A stretch of 28,405 bases of DNA from the NCBI GenBank assembly GCA_046533775.1, contig JAWDOO010000006.1:1-28405 (forward strand), read 5' to 3'. Position numbers and translations under genes: made by a program. The notes beneath the pieces are model-generated. The model was not told where the DNA came from. It made no database searches and saw only the letters and a program-made list of their open reading frames with translations. Below, piece by piece: positions 1 through 9,057 of this stretch. This DNA is from Candidatus Nanopusillus sp. GTDB lineage: Archaea > Nanobdellota > Nanobdellia > Nanobdellales > Nanobdellaceae. Positions within the stretch are counted from its first letter, which is position 1. The number at the start of each line of letters is the position of its first letter.

Positions 1-18
1 CTGCTATATCAATCTATC

Positions 19-1221
19 TTAATGTTTCATTCCTGCATATTTCATAAGTTGATCTTCATTATCTTTAGGATTTCTGAAATAATCCACTAGAAGATATCTA
101 ATACTTTCACCTGCACTTGCACGTGCTTCTTTTAGCCTATATATATTTATAGTTTTATAAATTTTTGATATCTCTTCTAATGCCAATATATTTACATCTT
201 TATAATATCTATATAAGCCATCTATTATTTCTTTGCCACCTTTTGCTAAAGTTTCTAAACCTTTTGTGAATCCTTCAATTTCCTCTGGCGGAATTCTCCA
301 TTTTGATACCCACCATTCTAGAATACTTCCCATGAAGTAAGCCATAAAGTAATATCTATCTGCATACTCTTTAAGATCTTCTTGATTGTTAGTTAAAAGA
401 TTACTTTTGCTCCATTCTCTTAAGTTTTCTATTAACGTTGCTAATGATGGTAAAGCTTCTGGTATATGTTCTGATACTATATCAAGTGCATCTCTCATAG
501 AAGATGCATAGAGAGTATAGTTTTTTGCGACTTCTTTTAATTCTTCATATGATTTTACTTCTTCTTTTGTCTCCACTTCCGATTTCTTCACTCCTAATTT
601 TTTCCCTAAATATTCGATAGATTTTGGTAATGTTAAGAATGTTTGTTTTATTATAGATAGATATTGTCTTTTTCCTAAATATTTGCTAAGTTGTTTTCCA
701 TAACTTTCGGGGTTCTCTAAATATCGAAGTATAAGAGACTTAATAGCCCCAACTTCAGGTATTATCTCAAGTACCCTGGGATCTATATCTTCTTGAGGTA
801 TTGAAGTAGTTTTATATTGTTGGTATCGATTATATAAATCCTTTATTACCTGTTTGCCTCCTTTTACTAAGGCGTCTAAACCTTTTGTAAATTCTTTAAT
901 TTGTTCTGGTGTATGCTTCCATATAGTATATTCCCAAATACCCCCAAGTATGCCTTCTCTAAAGTTATATTCATCTATACACTTTTGGAGAGCTTCTTGA
1001 TCATTGGTTAAAAAACTTTTACATTCGCCAAATTCATCTAGGTTTTCTATTAATGTTTTTAATGATGGTAACGCTTGCGGTGTTGTTTCTAATACTGATT
1101 CAAGCATATTGCCCTTTGTATATAGATAACTTGTATATGCTGATATAGCTTCATCCAATTTTTTCCTTACTAATTCTTCTGGTGTCTTAGATTGGTTTTG
1201 ATTTGAGGATGTATCTACCAT
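19..1221 (-). CDS. Hypothetical helical protein made of two tandem ~200-aa repeats; no family recognised
   Basis: 400-aa ORF divergent from rfcL. The two halves align: PQALPSLKTLIENLDEF / PEALPSLATLIENLREW; FTKGLDALVKGGKQVIKDLY / FTKGLETLAKGGKEIIDGLY; RYLENPESYGKQLSKYLG / DYFRNPKDNEDQLMKYAG. The DNA copies are offset by ~620 nt (for example 254-290 vs 875-910, and 425-462 vs 1043-1081). Confidence 0.6.
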   Translation of the reverse strand: MVDTSSNQNQSKTPEELVRKKLDEAISAYTSYLYTKGNMLESVLETTPQALPSLKTLIENLDEFGECKSFLTNDQEALQKCIDEYNFREGILGGIWEYTIWKHTPEQIKEFTKGLDALVKGGKQVIKDLYNRYQQYKTTSIPQEDIDPRVLEIIPEVGAIKSLILRYLENPESYGKQLSKYLGKRQYLSIIKQTFLTLPKSIEYLGKKLGVKKSEVETKEEVKSYEELKEVAKNYTLYASSMRDALDIVSEHIPEALPSLATLIENLREWSKSNLLTNNQEDLKEYADRYYFMAYFMGSILEWWVSKWRIPPEEIEGFTKGLETLAKGGKEIIDGLYRYYKDVNILALEEISKIYKTINIYRLKEARASAGESIRYLLVDYFRNPKDNEDQLMKYAGMKH

Positions 1222-1333
1222 ACTAAAATTATTGTTAAAAAAATTTTTAAATTTATTGTTACTATCTATTACTAGATGGAAGTTACACAGATATATCTTA
1301 CAATTTTAATATTCTAATTAGAAATATTAAATA

Positions 1334-2560
1334 ATGGTTGAGCCATGGATAAAAAAATATGCACCTAAACATATTAATGAAATAATTAATCAATCAGAGG
1401 CTATCGGAAAAATAAAATCCTTTATTGAAAAATATCCAAATGTAAGTAAAAAAGCATTATTAATATATGGACCTCCAGGTGTTGGAAAAACATCATCAAT
1501 ATATGCAATTGCAAATGATCTAAATTATGAAGTTGTAGAATTAAATGCTTCAGATAATAGAAATGCAAGGATTATACATGAAAAATTAGGAGAAGCAATA
1601 AAGGGAAAACCATTTTTAAAAAAAGGAAGGATAATTTTGGTTGATGAAGTAGATGGATTAGCTGGATTTCAAGATAGAGGTGGAGTTGGAGCATTGGTAA
1701 AAATAATAGAAGAATCAAGATGGCCAATAATATTGACTGCAAATGATCCATGGGATCCAAAATTTAAGAAATTAAGGGACTTATGTGATATGGTTGAATT
1801 CAAAAAATTATCAAATAATGATATAATAAGACAATTAAAGAGAATTTGCACAAATGAAAAGATAACAATTGATGATAATGCATTATCTGCACTTGTAGAA
1901 AGATCTTCTGGAGATTTAAGAAGTGCAATAAATGATCTGCAAGCATTGGCAACAATGACTAATCATATTACATTGAAAGATTTGGAAGTCTTAGGTTATA
2001 GAGAAAGAGAGATTACAATATTTAAAGCATTAGGTCAGATGTTTAAGGCAAATACAATAATGGGTGCTACATTACCATTTGCAGATGTAGATATGGATCC
2101 TGAAGAAATTAAAGCATGGGTTGAAGAAAATATATCAAATGAATATGAAAATATAAAAGAAATATATGAAGCTTATAATTGGTTATCTTTAGCAATTGTA
2201 TTTTATGGAAGAATTTATAGAAGACAATATTGGGATCTATTAAAATATTTTACAACATTAATGTATGCTGGAGTTGCATTGGCAAAAGAAAAGAGATATA
2301 ATAAATTTACAAAATATAGAATGCCACAATATGTAAAAAAATTATCACAAAATAAAGAAATAAGAGAAAAAATTGAAGAATTATCAAAAAATTTACAAAA
2401 AAAGGTTCATACATCAAAAAAGAGAATTAGGGAAATATATATAAATACATTAATAGTTTTAATGAAAGAAAATGAAAAAATAGGAAAAGAATATGCAAAA
2501 ATATTAGGATTTAATGAAAATGAAATATCATATATAAAAGAGGCTATAGAAAAGTTATGA
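1334..2560 (+). CDS. rfcL: Replication factor C, large subunit
   Basis: N-terminal WIKKYAPK...; Walker A GPPGVGKTS; Walker B ILVDEVDGL; SGDLRSAINDLQ box. The 408-aa length and layout fit a slightly shortened archaeal RFC large subunit. Confidence 0.9.
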   Translation: MVEPWIKKYAPKHINEIINQSEAIGKIKSFIEKYPNVSKKALLIYGPPGVGKTSSIYAIANDLNYEVVELNASDNRNARIIHEKLGEAIKGKPFLKKGRIILVDEVDGLAGFQDRGGVGALVKIIEESRWPIILTANDPWDPKFKKLRDLCDMVEFKKLSNNDIIRQLKRICTNEKITIDDNALSALVERSSGDLRSAINDLQALATMTNHITLKDLEVLGYREREITIFKALGQMFKANTIMGATLPFADVDMDPEEIKAWVEENISNEYENIKEIYEAYNWLSLAIVFYGRIYRRQYWDLLKYFTTLMYAGVALAKEKRYNKFTKYRMPQYVKKLSQNKEIREKIEELSKNLQKKVHTSKKRIREIYINTLIVLMKENEKIGKEYAKILGFNENEISYIKEAIEKL

Positions 2561-3045
2561 AAGAATTAAATAAAAAGAATATAGAAGAAATATTTAAAAA
2601 AATAGAAGAATATTATAATATAAATATAGATAAGTCAATAATAAAGAAATATAGATTTTTTATTAATAAAGATAAAATATATATGTTTAATAAAAATTTT
2701 CCAGATTTTTTAAATGAAAAATATATAAAAAGATATGGTTTATATGTAATTAAAATAGAAAAAAATAATATATATAGATTTAGTATAGAAGGTGCACAGA
2801 TTTTTGGAATAAATTCTAATAAAAATATTGAAATAAAAAAAGAAAATCTTTTTTATAAATATAATGAAAATATAAAATTGGAAAAAAATTATGAAAATGG
2901 TTTTTATATAGCAAAAGATAATAATGATATTTTATGTAGTGTTTATATTAAAAATAATATATTGAAAGATTTTATACCAAAAGAAAGAAAAATAAATTAT
3001 ACCTTTACTAAAGATAGACCAGAGAATACATATGTAAATAAATAA
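2557..3045 (+). CDS. Small K/N-rich protein translationally coupled to rfcL; weak resemblance to NIP7/PUA-type RNA-binding proteins
   Basis: 162-aa ORF whose ATG overlaps the rfcL stop (ATGA at 2557-2560). The segment GLYVIKIEKNNIYRFSIEGAQIFG and the size recall archaeal NIP7-like proteins, but I cannot confirm this by eye. Confidence 0.4.
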   Translation: MKELNKKNIEEIFKKIEEYYNINIDKSIIKKYRFFINKDKIYMFNKNFPDFLNEKYIKRYGLYVIKIEKNNIYRFSIEGAQIFGINSNKNIEIKKENLFYKYNENIKLEKNYENGFYIAKDNNDILCSVYIKNNILKDFIPKERKINYTFTKDRPENTYVNK

Positions 3046-4646
3046 TATATCCCAATATTTAATAATGCACTTAGCCATATCATAACTGTTGCATCTAAGA
3101 ACATTCCAAGTTTTGATCCTCCGTCTATATTTTTTAATGTTCCGGCTAAAATAAAAGCCTCAATAATAGATATTACAAATATATAATCTTGCAATATATA
3201 TAGAGGCATTGAAAATGTATATATATTTATACCTATTTGAGCTACTGCAGTACCAAGTGCTGTAGATACACCTTGAAACATCTGATTTAATAAATATAAT
3301 ATTTGAGCAATTATGAATAAAATTGCTATAAATGCTATATATGTTCCATATATAATACCTCTTAAATTGGATATAAATTGAGATTTTCTAGACCTAAGTT
3401 CAATTATCTTTATTAATATATTATATAACATATCTCCTGCTTTCTTTGTATCTCCATTATATGATAAAACTTTTTCAAATACCTTTATTATTTTTTCTGC
3501 AATCGAACTACCCAATTCAACTATAAAATATCTCCAAGATTCTGAATAATTTTTTGTTATATTAATTCTTTTCCTTAATCTATTAATATCTTCATTTAAT
3601 AAACCAAAATCATGTATAATAACATTATCCAATATTTTTGTTTGATTACTTCCAAATATTTCTGAGTATTCTATTATACTACTAAAGAATGCTGGGAAAT
3701 GATTTTCTTTTATTTTTAATGCTCTCTCTAATAATATCATTCTATAACTTATATATGCTAATGGTGTAACTGCTATTGCAAATGATTCTAATAATTGTAA
3801 TTTTAATACTAAAAATAATGCTAAAAATAATATATAAGATAATAATGATAAAAGGTAAAATAAATATCTTATAGTTATATATTCTTTTGGTTTTTCTTTT
3901 GAATGGGACCATAACCCATCATCTGGGATGTAATATTTTGATACATAATATATAAGTAAATTAATTACAATAAATATTATAAAAAAATCCGCTAGTAAAA
4001 GTATTATATTTGCACTTACTAAGAATGGTATAAATAATATTAAAGAAAATGCAAATCCTAAAGATGATAATAAAGATATTATAAATTCGTCTAACAATCT
4101 TATATTTTCTAAACCTTTTTCATAATTTGCTTCATATATTGCCACTTGTGTTTCATATTCTTTATATAAAAATTCTGATATTTCTTCACCAATATCAATC
4201 GAGGTTGCAAATCTTTCTAAAAAACTTTTAAAATTGCTATTTGGAATATATGGTAATACATATTTTATAGCCTCTGGGATTGTATAATTATATTTATTTG
4301 TCAAAAAAAGGATCTTTGACATATAATAATTTATATCCTTAAATTCTGTTTTTTCTTCAATTGCAATTTCTAATAATCTTCTAGTATTATTTGTAGAAAA
4401 TGAGAGAGAATATAAATATGCTATATAATATAATAAAGATTTATCTAAAGATTTTTTTGTTTTATAATATTCTAGAAATATAACTTCCAATGAAAAAACA
4501 ATTGCTGATAAATATAAAATTGGATAATATATTTTTAATACTGGTAAATATTTTCCTATTACAATTATTAATGCAATTATTATAATAAATATTATGGTAA
4601 TCTTTCTAAAGCTCTTTTTTATAATATCATTAATAAATTCATACAT
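2997..4646 (-). CDS. FlaJ/TadC-like polytopic membrane protein (type II secretion F-domain platform), with no ATPase partner in the window
   Basis: 549 aa. Layout is N-terminal TM pair, a soluble helical domain (~70-190), a TM block, a second soluble domain (~300-440), then a C-terminal TM block. The soluble domains have T2SSF-like stretches (TIPEAIKYVLPYIPNSNFKSFLERFATSIDIGEEISEFL; NEDINRLRKRINITKNYSESW). Confidence 0.5.
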   Translation of the reverse strand: MYEFINDIIKKSFRKITIIFIIIIALIIVIGKYLPVLKIYYPILYLSAIVFSLEVIFLEYYKTKKSLDKSLLYYIAYLYSLSFSTNNTRRLLEIAIEEKTEFKDINYYMSKILFLTNKYNYTIPEAIKYVLPYIPNSNFKSFLERFATSIDIGEEISEFLYKEYETQVAIYEANYEKGLENIRLLDEFIISLLSSLGFAFSLILFIPFLVSANIILLLADFFIIFIVINLLIYYVSKYYIPDDGLWSHSKEKPKEYITIRYLFYLLSLLSYILFLALFLVLKLQLLESFAIAVTPLAYISYRMILLERALKIKENHFPAFFSSIIEYSEIFGSNQTKILDNVIIHDFGLLNEDINRLRKRINITKNYSESWRYFIVELGSSIAEKIIKVFEKVLSYNGDTKKAGDMLYNILIKIIELRSRKSQFISNLRGIIYGTYIAFIAILFIIAQILYLLNQMFQGVSTALGTAVAQIGINIYTFSMPLYILQDYIFVISIIEAFILAGTLKNIDGGSKLGMFLDATVMIWLSALLNIGIYYLFTYVFSGLSLVKV

Positions 4647-4709
4647 ATCTTAATAGTTAATGTGAGTTATTATAAAGATTTAAATATATTTTATATATAA
4701 AATATAGCC

Positions 4710-5537
4710 ATGGAAAATATGATATCCGTTTATGATAAGAAAGGTAATAAAATAAAAGAAATAGAATTACCAGAACACTTTAAATATGAAATAAGAGAGG
4801 ATATAGTATATAAAGTATTTAGAGCATACATGTTAAGTCATAGAGTACCTTATGGTTCATATAAATATGCAGGTATGGAAGCTTCTGCATGGACATCAAA
4901 GAGGAGATATACATATAGATCTTCATATAAAAGGGGTATATCAAGGGTTCCTAGATCAATATTTGCAAAAATTGCTGGTAATTTTATATGGGTAACCAGA
5001 TTAATACCAGGTTCTGTAAAGGGAAGAAGAGCTCATCCACCAAAACCAGAAAAAAATTGGTATAAAAAAATAAATAAAAAGGAAAAAAGATTAGCAATAT
5101 TATCTGCAATTTCCGCATCTTCAAATTTAGATTATATAAAAAATAGATATACAAAATCTTTTATTTATTTAAATGAGTCAATTAATACTTTTGGTCTACC
5201 AATTGTTATATCTAATCTAGAAGAATTAAAGAAAGCAAAAGAATATAGAGATTTATTTAATAAATTAAAGATAATAAACTTTATTGAATATGTAAAAGAA
5301 AATAAGAAACAAAGAGCTGGAAAGGGAAAAATGAGAAATAGAAGAATAAAAAAATATAGGGGAATTTTATTTGTATTATCTTCTGATTCTCAATTACCAA
5401 GGATTTCTATTGATGGTGTAGAATTTTCAAAAGTAGATCAATTAAATATAGAAAAATTGGCTCCTGGAGGTAAATTGGGTAGATTTATTATATGGAGTGA
5501 AAAGGCAATAGAAGATTTAAGAAATTTATATATATGA
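4710..5537 (+). CDS. rpl4: 50S ribosomal protein uL4 (L4)
   Basis: N-terminal VYDKKGNKIKEIELPEHF...; RAGKGKMRNRR motif; KLAPGGKLGRF near the C-terminus; located upstream of uL23-uL2. Confidence 0.9.
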   Translation: MENMISVYDKKGNKIKEIELPEHFKYEIREDIVYKVFRAYMLSHRVPYGSYKYAGMEASAWTSKRRYTYRSSYKRGISRVPRSIFAKIAGNFIWVTRLIPGSVKGRRAHPPKPEKNWYKKINKKEKRLAILSAISASSNLDYIKNRYTKSFIYLNESINTFGLPIVISNLEELKKAKEYRDLFNKLKIINFIEYVKENKKQRAGKGKMRNRRIKKYRGILFVLSSDSQLPRISIDGVEFSKVDQLNIEKLAPGGKLGRFIIWSEKAIEDLRNLYI

Positions 5538-5546
5538 AATTATAAG

Positions 5547-5807
5547 ATGGATATAAAAGATGTTATACTTTATGCTGAATTAACAGAAAAAGATATGTAT
5601 TTACTTGATAAATATAATAAGGTTATTTTTATTGTAAATAGGTCTTCTACAAAGAAAGATATAAAAGAGGCTGTTGAAAAATTATTTAATGTTAAAGTAA
5701 AAAAAGTAAATACATTAATAGATTATAAAGGAAGAAAAAAGGCATATGTTACATTAGAAAAGGAATATAAGGCCCAAGATATATTATCTAAATTAGGATT
5801 AATATAA
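5547..5807 (+). CDS. rpl23: 50S ribosomal protein uL23 (L23)
   Basis: 86 aa with VIFIVNRSSTKKDIKEAVEKLFNVKVKKVNTL...KKAYVTL, which is the typical uL23 pattern. It sits between uL4 and uL2. Confidence 0.9.
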   Translation: MDIKDVILYAELTEKDMYLLDKYNKVIFIVNRSSTKKDIKEAVEKLFNVKVKKVNTLIDYKGRKKAYVTLEKEYKAQDILSKLGLI

Positions 5808-5808
5808 A

Positions 5809-6540
5809 ATGGGTGGAAATACAATATTACAACAGAGGTTAGGTAAAGGAAAGAATATATATAAGGTCCCAGATTTTTATTCAATAGGAGAATTTTCTTT
5901 TAGACCTTTAGATGAAAAAGAAATGAAAGATAAGGTAAAAGGTATTGTTATAGATATAATAAAGGATAAGGTTCATTATGCTCCAATTGCTAAGATAAAA
6001 TTTGAAACTGGTGAAACAATTTTAGTTCCTGCTGTTGAAGGTTTATATGTTGGAAAAGAAATTTATGCAGGTGTAAATGCTCCAGTAGAAAATGGAAATA
6101 TTTTGCCATTAAAAGTTATTCCAGATGGATCAAATGTTTGTATGGTAGAAATTTCTCCTGGTGATGGTGGAAAGATTGCAAGAACATCTGGTGCATCATG
6201 TATATTAGTTCAAAAAACAGATAAATATGCAATATTAAAATTACCATCTGGAAAAACAAAGATGGTCAATTTATATTCTAGAGCAATATTGGGAACAATT
6301 GCTGGAAGTGGAAGAACGGATAAACCATTTGTTAAAGCTGGAAATAAATATTATTTTAAAAAAGCTCATCATAGAAAATGGCCAATTAGTAAACCAACTG
6401 CAAGAAATGCTTCAGATCATCCATTGGGAGGTAAACATAAAAGAAATAAAGGTGGAATGACTCCATTACCCAAGCATGGATATCCAATAAAGTATGGCAA
6501 ATATGGCTCAAGAAGAACTGGAAGAAAGAAAGCAATATAA
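5809..6540 (+). CDS. rpl2: 50S ribosomal protein uL2 (L2)
   Basis: 243 aa; ARTSGASCILV, KLPSGKTKMV, SDHPLGGKHKRNKGG and a basic tail. The start is 1 nt after the uL23 stop. Confidence 0.92.
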   Translation: MGGNTILQQRLGKGKNIYKVPDFYSIGEFSFRPLDEKEMKDKVKGIVIDIIKDKVHYAPIAKIKFETGETILVPAVEGLYVGKEIYAGVNAPVENGNILPLKVIPDGSNVCMVEISPGDGGKIARTSGASCILVQKTDKYAILKLPSGKTKMVNLYSRAILGTIAGSGRTDKPFVKAGNKYYFKKAHHRKWPISKPTARNASDHPLGGKHKRNKGGMTPLPKHGYPIKYGKYGSRRTGRKKAI

Positions 6541-6541
6541 A

Positions 6542-7165
6542 ATGGCACAAGAAAATATTTGGTTGGTTAGTTTGGAGGAATATATAAAAGCAGGTGTTCA
6601 TATAGGTACAAAAATAAAGAATAAACAAACAAAAAAATTTATTGCTAGAATAAGATCTGATGGATTGGCAATTATAGATGTAATAAAATTAGATGAAAGA
6701 TTGAGATTATCAACAAAATTGTTATCTAGATATGAGCCATATCAAATATTAGCAGTTGGAAGAAGAGAAACTGCAAGAAAGCCACTTCAAATGTTAAATA
6801 AGTATACTGGAATAAATGTTTATCCAAAGAGATATCCCCCGGGATTATTAACAAATCCTGCTTTAGATATATTTAAGGATGTTGATGTTGTTATAATAAC
6901 GGATCCCATACTTGATAGAAATGCTTTATTGGATGCATATAGAACTGGAAAAATAACAATTGCATTTGTTGATACAAATAATTCTTTAAGTTATATAGAT
7001 ATTGCTATACCGGCAAATAATAGAGGGGCAAAATCTTTAGCCTTATTATATTATATTATTGCTAGAGAATATTTAAGAAATAGGGGATTATTATCTAAAA
7101 GAGGAGAATTGCCTATATCTTATGAAGAATTTATGGAAAAGGGTTTGGAAGAAGAGGAAGAATAA
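6542..7165 (+). CDS. rps2: 30S ribosomal protein uS2 (S2/SA)
   Basis: YIKAGVHIGTK, ILAVGRRETARKP, VVIITDP, IAFVDTNNS..IDIAIPANNRGAKSLALL and an acidic tail. I chose the in-frame ATG at 6542, immediately after the uL2 stop. The tracked ORF start at 6494 would overlap uL2 by 47 nt. Confidence 0.88.
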   Translation: MAQENIWLVSLEEYIKAGVHIGTKIKNKQTKKFIARIRSDGLAIIDVIKLDERLRLSTKLLSRYEPYQILAVGRRETARKPLQMLNKYTGINVYPKRYPPGLLTNPALDIFKDVDVVIITDPILDRNALLDAYRTGKITIAFVDTNNSLSYIDIAIPANNRGAKSLALLYYIIAREYLRNRGLLSKRGELPISYEEFMEKGLEEEEE

Positions 7166-7196
7166 TTTTATATATTAAAGAATTTTATAATATTAT

Positions 7197-7592
7197 ATGG
7201 CATTAGATTTTATAAAGAATCTTTTTGGAAAAAAGGATAATGAAGATTATGATATAAACCAACAAGGGGATTTTATGAATTATCCACCATTGGGACCAGG
7301 AAATTATTCTCCAGGTCCATATCCAAATGAACCATTACCACCACCTCCACTGCCACCAGTTCAGAATCAAAATACATTTCAACAAAATCAATTCCCAGGA
7401 CAATTAAATCCTCAGGCATATTTACCAAATTTTCCACAAAATTATGGATATAATAATCAATATCCAAATCAGATTGATTATAATGCAATACAAATGCTAA
7501 ATACAAAATTAGATACAATTGCAACAAAGTTAGATAATATAATTGCTATATTAAACAATTTACTCCAATATTTTCAATATTATAGGCGTTAA
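7197..7592 (+). CDS. P/Q/N-rich low-complexity protein with a C-terminal coiled-coil segment; unknown function
   Basis: 131 aa. It has an N-terminal MALDFIKNLFGKK, then ~80 aa rich in P/Q/N/Y (PPPPLPPVQNQNTFQQNQFPGQ...), then IDYNAIQMLNTKLDTIATKLDNIIAILNNLL. The architecture matches the 15551-16255 protein. Confidence 0.55.
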   Translation: MALDFIKNLFGKKDNEDYDINQQGDFMNYPPLGPGNYSPGPYPNEPLPPPPLPPVQNQNTFQQNQFPGQLNPQAYLPNFPQNYGYNNQYPNQIDYNAIQMLNTKLDTIATKLDNIIAILNNLLQYFQYYRR

Positions 7593-8344
7593 TGAATTTA
7601 TATCAAATTTTTTATCAATATTTTGTATATCCGGTAATAGGATATCAATATCAATATAATATATATAATACATTTTTATATGGATTATTATTTGTTGTAG
7701 GTTTTATCCTTTTTTATTATTTATTTGTAAAAAATAAAAAAGTAATTATTGATAGATATTTTTTATTAGATCTAATTATTTTAACTATAATATTTATTAT
7801 TCCAAGAGTAAATATTGATCTTGGTTATACAATAAAAACATATTTATTATTTACACCTCTATTAGAATTATGGATTTTAATATCTTTTTTACCAGTTCTA
7901 TTTTTATATAAATATAGAAAATATTACTTATATATATTATTGGTAATTTTAATATTAGAAATTCCTCTTTTTATTTTTGGAAGGCCAATAAATTTATTAC
8001 CATTTTTAATATTTATTTTATTATTTTCTATTTTAATTTATTTATCATATAAAGAAAAATTATTCTATTTATCAATATTTGGAGAAATATATGAGATTAT
8101 TTTTTCAATTATCTCAGTATATTATTTTAATTTAAAATCCGAACATCAGTTATTAAATATTCTTATCTTTCAATATAATAATCCTTTATTATTTTATGGA
8201 TTGAAATTATCTTTAACATTATTTATTGCACTTTATACAAAATATTATTTAAAGGATGATCTAGGAAATGTAATATATATAATGTTATTTTATTTAGGAT
8301 TTTTACCAGGTTTAAGAAATAGTCTTATAGATATATTAATATGA
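7592..8344 (+). CDS. Polytopic membrane protein, DUF63-like
   Basis: 250 aa with ~7 hydrophobic segments. The N-terminus YFVYPVIGYQYQYNIYNTFLYGLLFVVGF resembles my memory of the archaeal DUF63 opening (..PI...GYN.VNT..Y..). The start overlaps the upstream stop by 1 nt (TAATG). Confidence 0.45.
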   Translation: MNLYQIFYQYFVYPVIGYQYQYNIYNTFLYGLLFVVGFILFYYLFVKNKKVIIDRYFLLDLIILTIIFIIPRVNIDLGYTIKTYLLFTPLLELWILISFLPVLFLYKYRKYYLYILLVILILEIPLFIFGRPINLLPFLIFILLFSILIYLSYKEKLFYLSIFGEIYEIIFSIISVYYFNLKSEHQLLNILIFQYNNPLLFYGLKLSLTLFIALYTKYYLKDDLGNVIYIMLFYLGFLPGLRNSLIDILI

Positions 8345-9033
8345 AATATAAAGAAATATGGAAAGTATATGGAAAAGTATTTGATAAAAATACATTATAC
8401 TATTTAGATAAATTGTATAAAGATCATTATATTGATAATAATTTAACATTAATATCTGAAGGTAAGGAGGCTATTGTTGTAAGATCCGGGAAATTTGCAA
8501 TAAAGATATATAAAATAATGTCAATAAGCTATAAAGAACAGATAAATTATTTAAAAGCAGATCCAAGAATATATAAATTTCCAAGAACAAAGATTGGGAT
8601 AATATATACATGGGTAAAAAAAGAATATATGAATTTAAGAAAAATGTATAAAAATTTGGTAAGGGTTCCAATTCCATACTTATATAAGGGAAATATATTG
8701 GTAATGGAATATATAGGTTATGAAAAAGGTCCATTATTATTACATGATATTTATAATTTAATTGAAAATAAAGAAGAATTATTTTTTGATATATTAGATC
8801 AATATAAAAAAATATATAATAAAGCTAAATTGATTCATGGAGATTTTTCAGAATATAATATAATTATATTTAATAATATTCCATATATAATAGATGTGTC
8901 TCAATCAATACCAATTGATTCTCCATATTCTGAAGAATTTCTTAATAGAGATTTAAATAATATATTAAATATATCAAAAAAATTGGACTTAAATTATGAT
9001 ATAAAATATATAAAAGAGTACATTGGTATTTAA
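8341..9033 (+). CDS. rio1: RIO-type serine protein kinase (Rio1-like, no N-terminal wHTH)
   Basis: SEGKEAIVV...AIKIYK (ATP-binding loop and Lys), LIHGDFSEYNIII (catalytic loop), IIDVSQS (metal-binding loop). ATGA overlap with the upstream gene. Confidence 0.85.
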   Translation: MKYKEIWKVYGKVFDKNTLYYLDKLYKDHYIDNNLTLISEGKEAIVVRSGKFAIKIYKIMSISYKEQINYLKADPRIYKFPRTKIGIIYTWVKKEYMNLRKMYKNLVRVPIPYLYKGNILVMEYIGYEKGPLLLHDIYNLIENKEELFFDILDQYKKIYNKAKLIHGDFSEYNIIIFNNIPYIIDVSQSIPIDSPYSEEFLNRDLNNILNISKKLDLNYDIKYIKEYIGI

Positions 9034-9057
9034 AAATTATTCATAATTTTCTATATA

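Noticed and set aside
1264-1277. Small hairpin ATCTA-TTAC-TAGAT in the rfcL / ORF19-1221 divergent gap
   Set aside because: A 5-bp AT-rich stem is expected by chance in this composition, and there is no second copy or positional argument.
6494-6541. 16-codon N-terminal extension of the uS2 ORF (MANMAQEELEERKQYK)
   Set aside because: It would overlap the uL2 coding region by 47 nt. The in-frame ATG at 6542 sits directly after the uL2 stop, and uS2 homology begins just after it.
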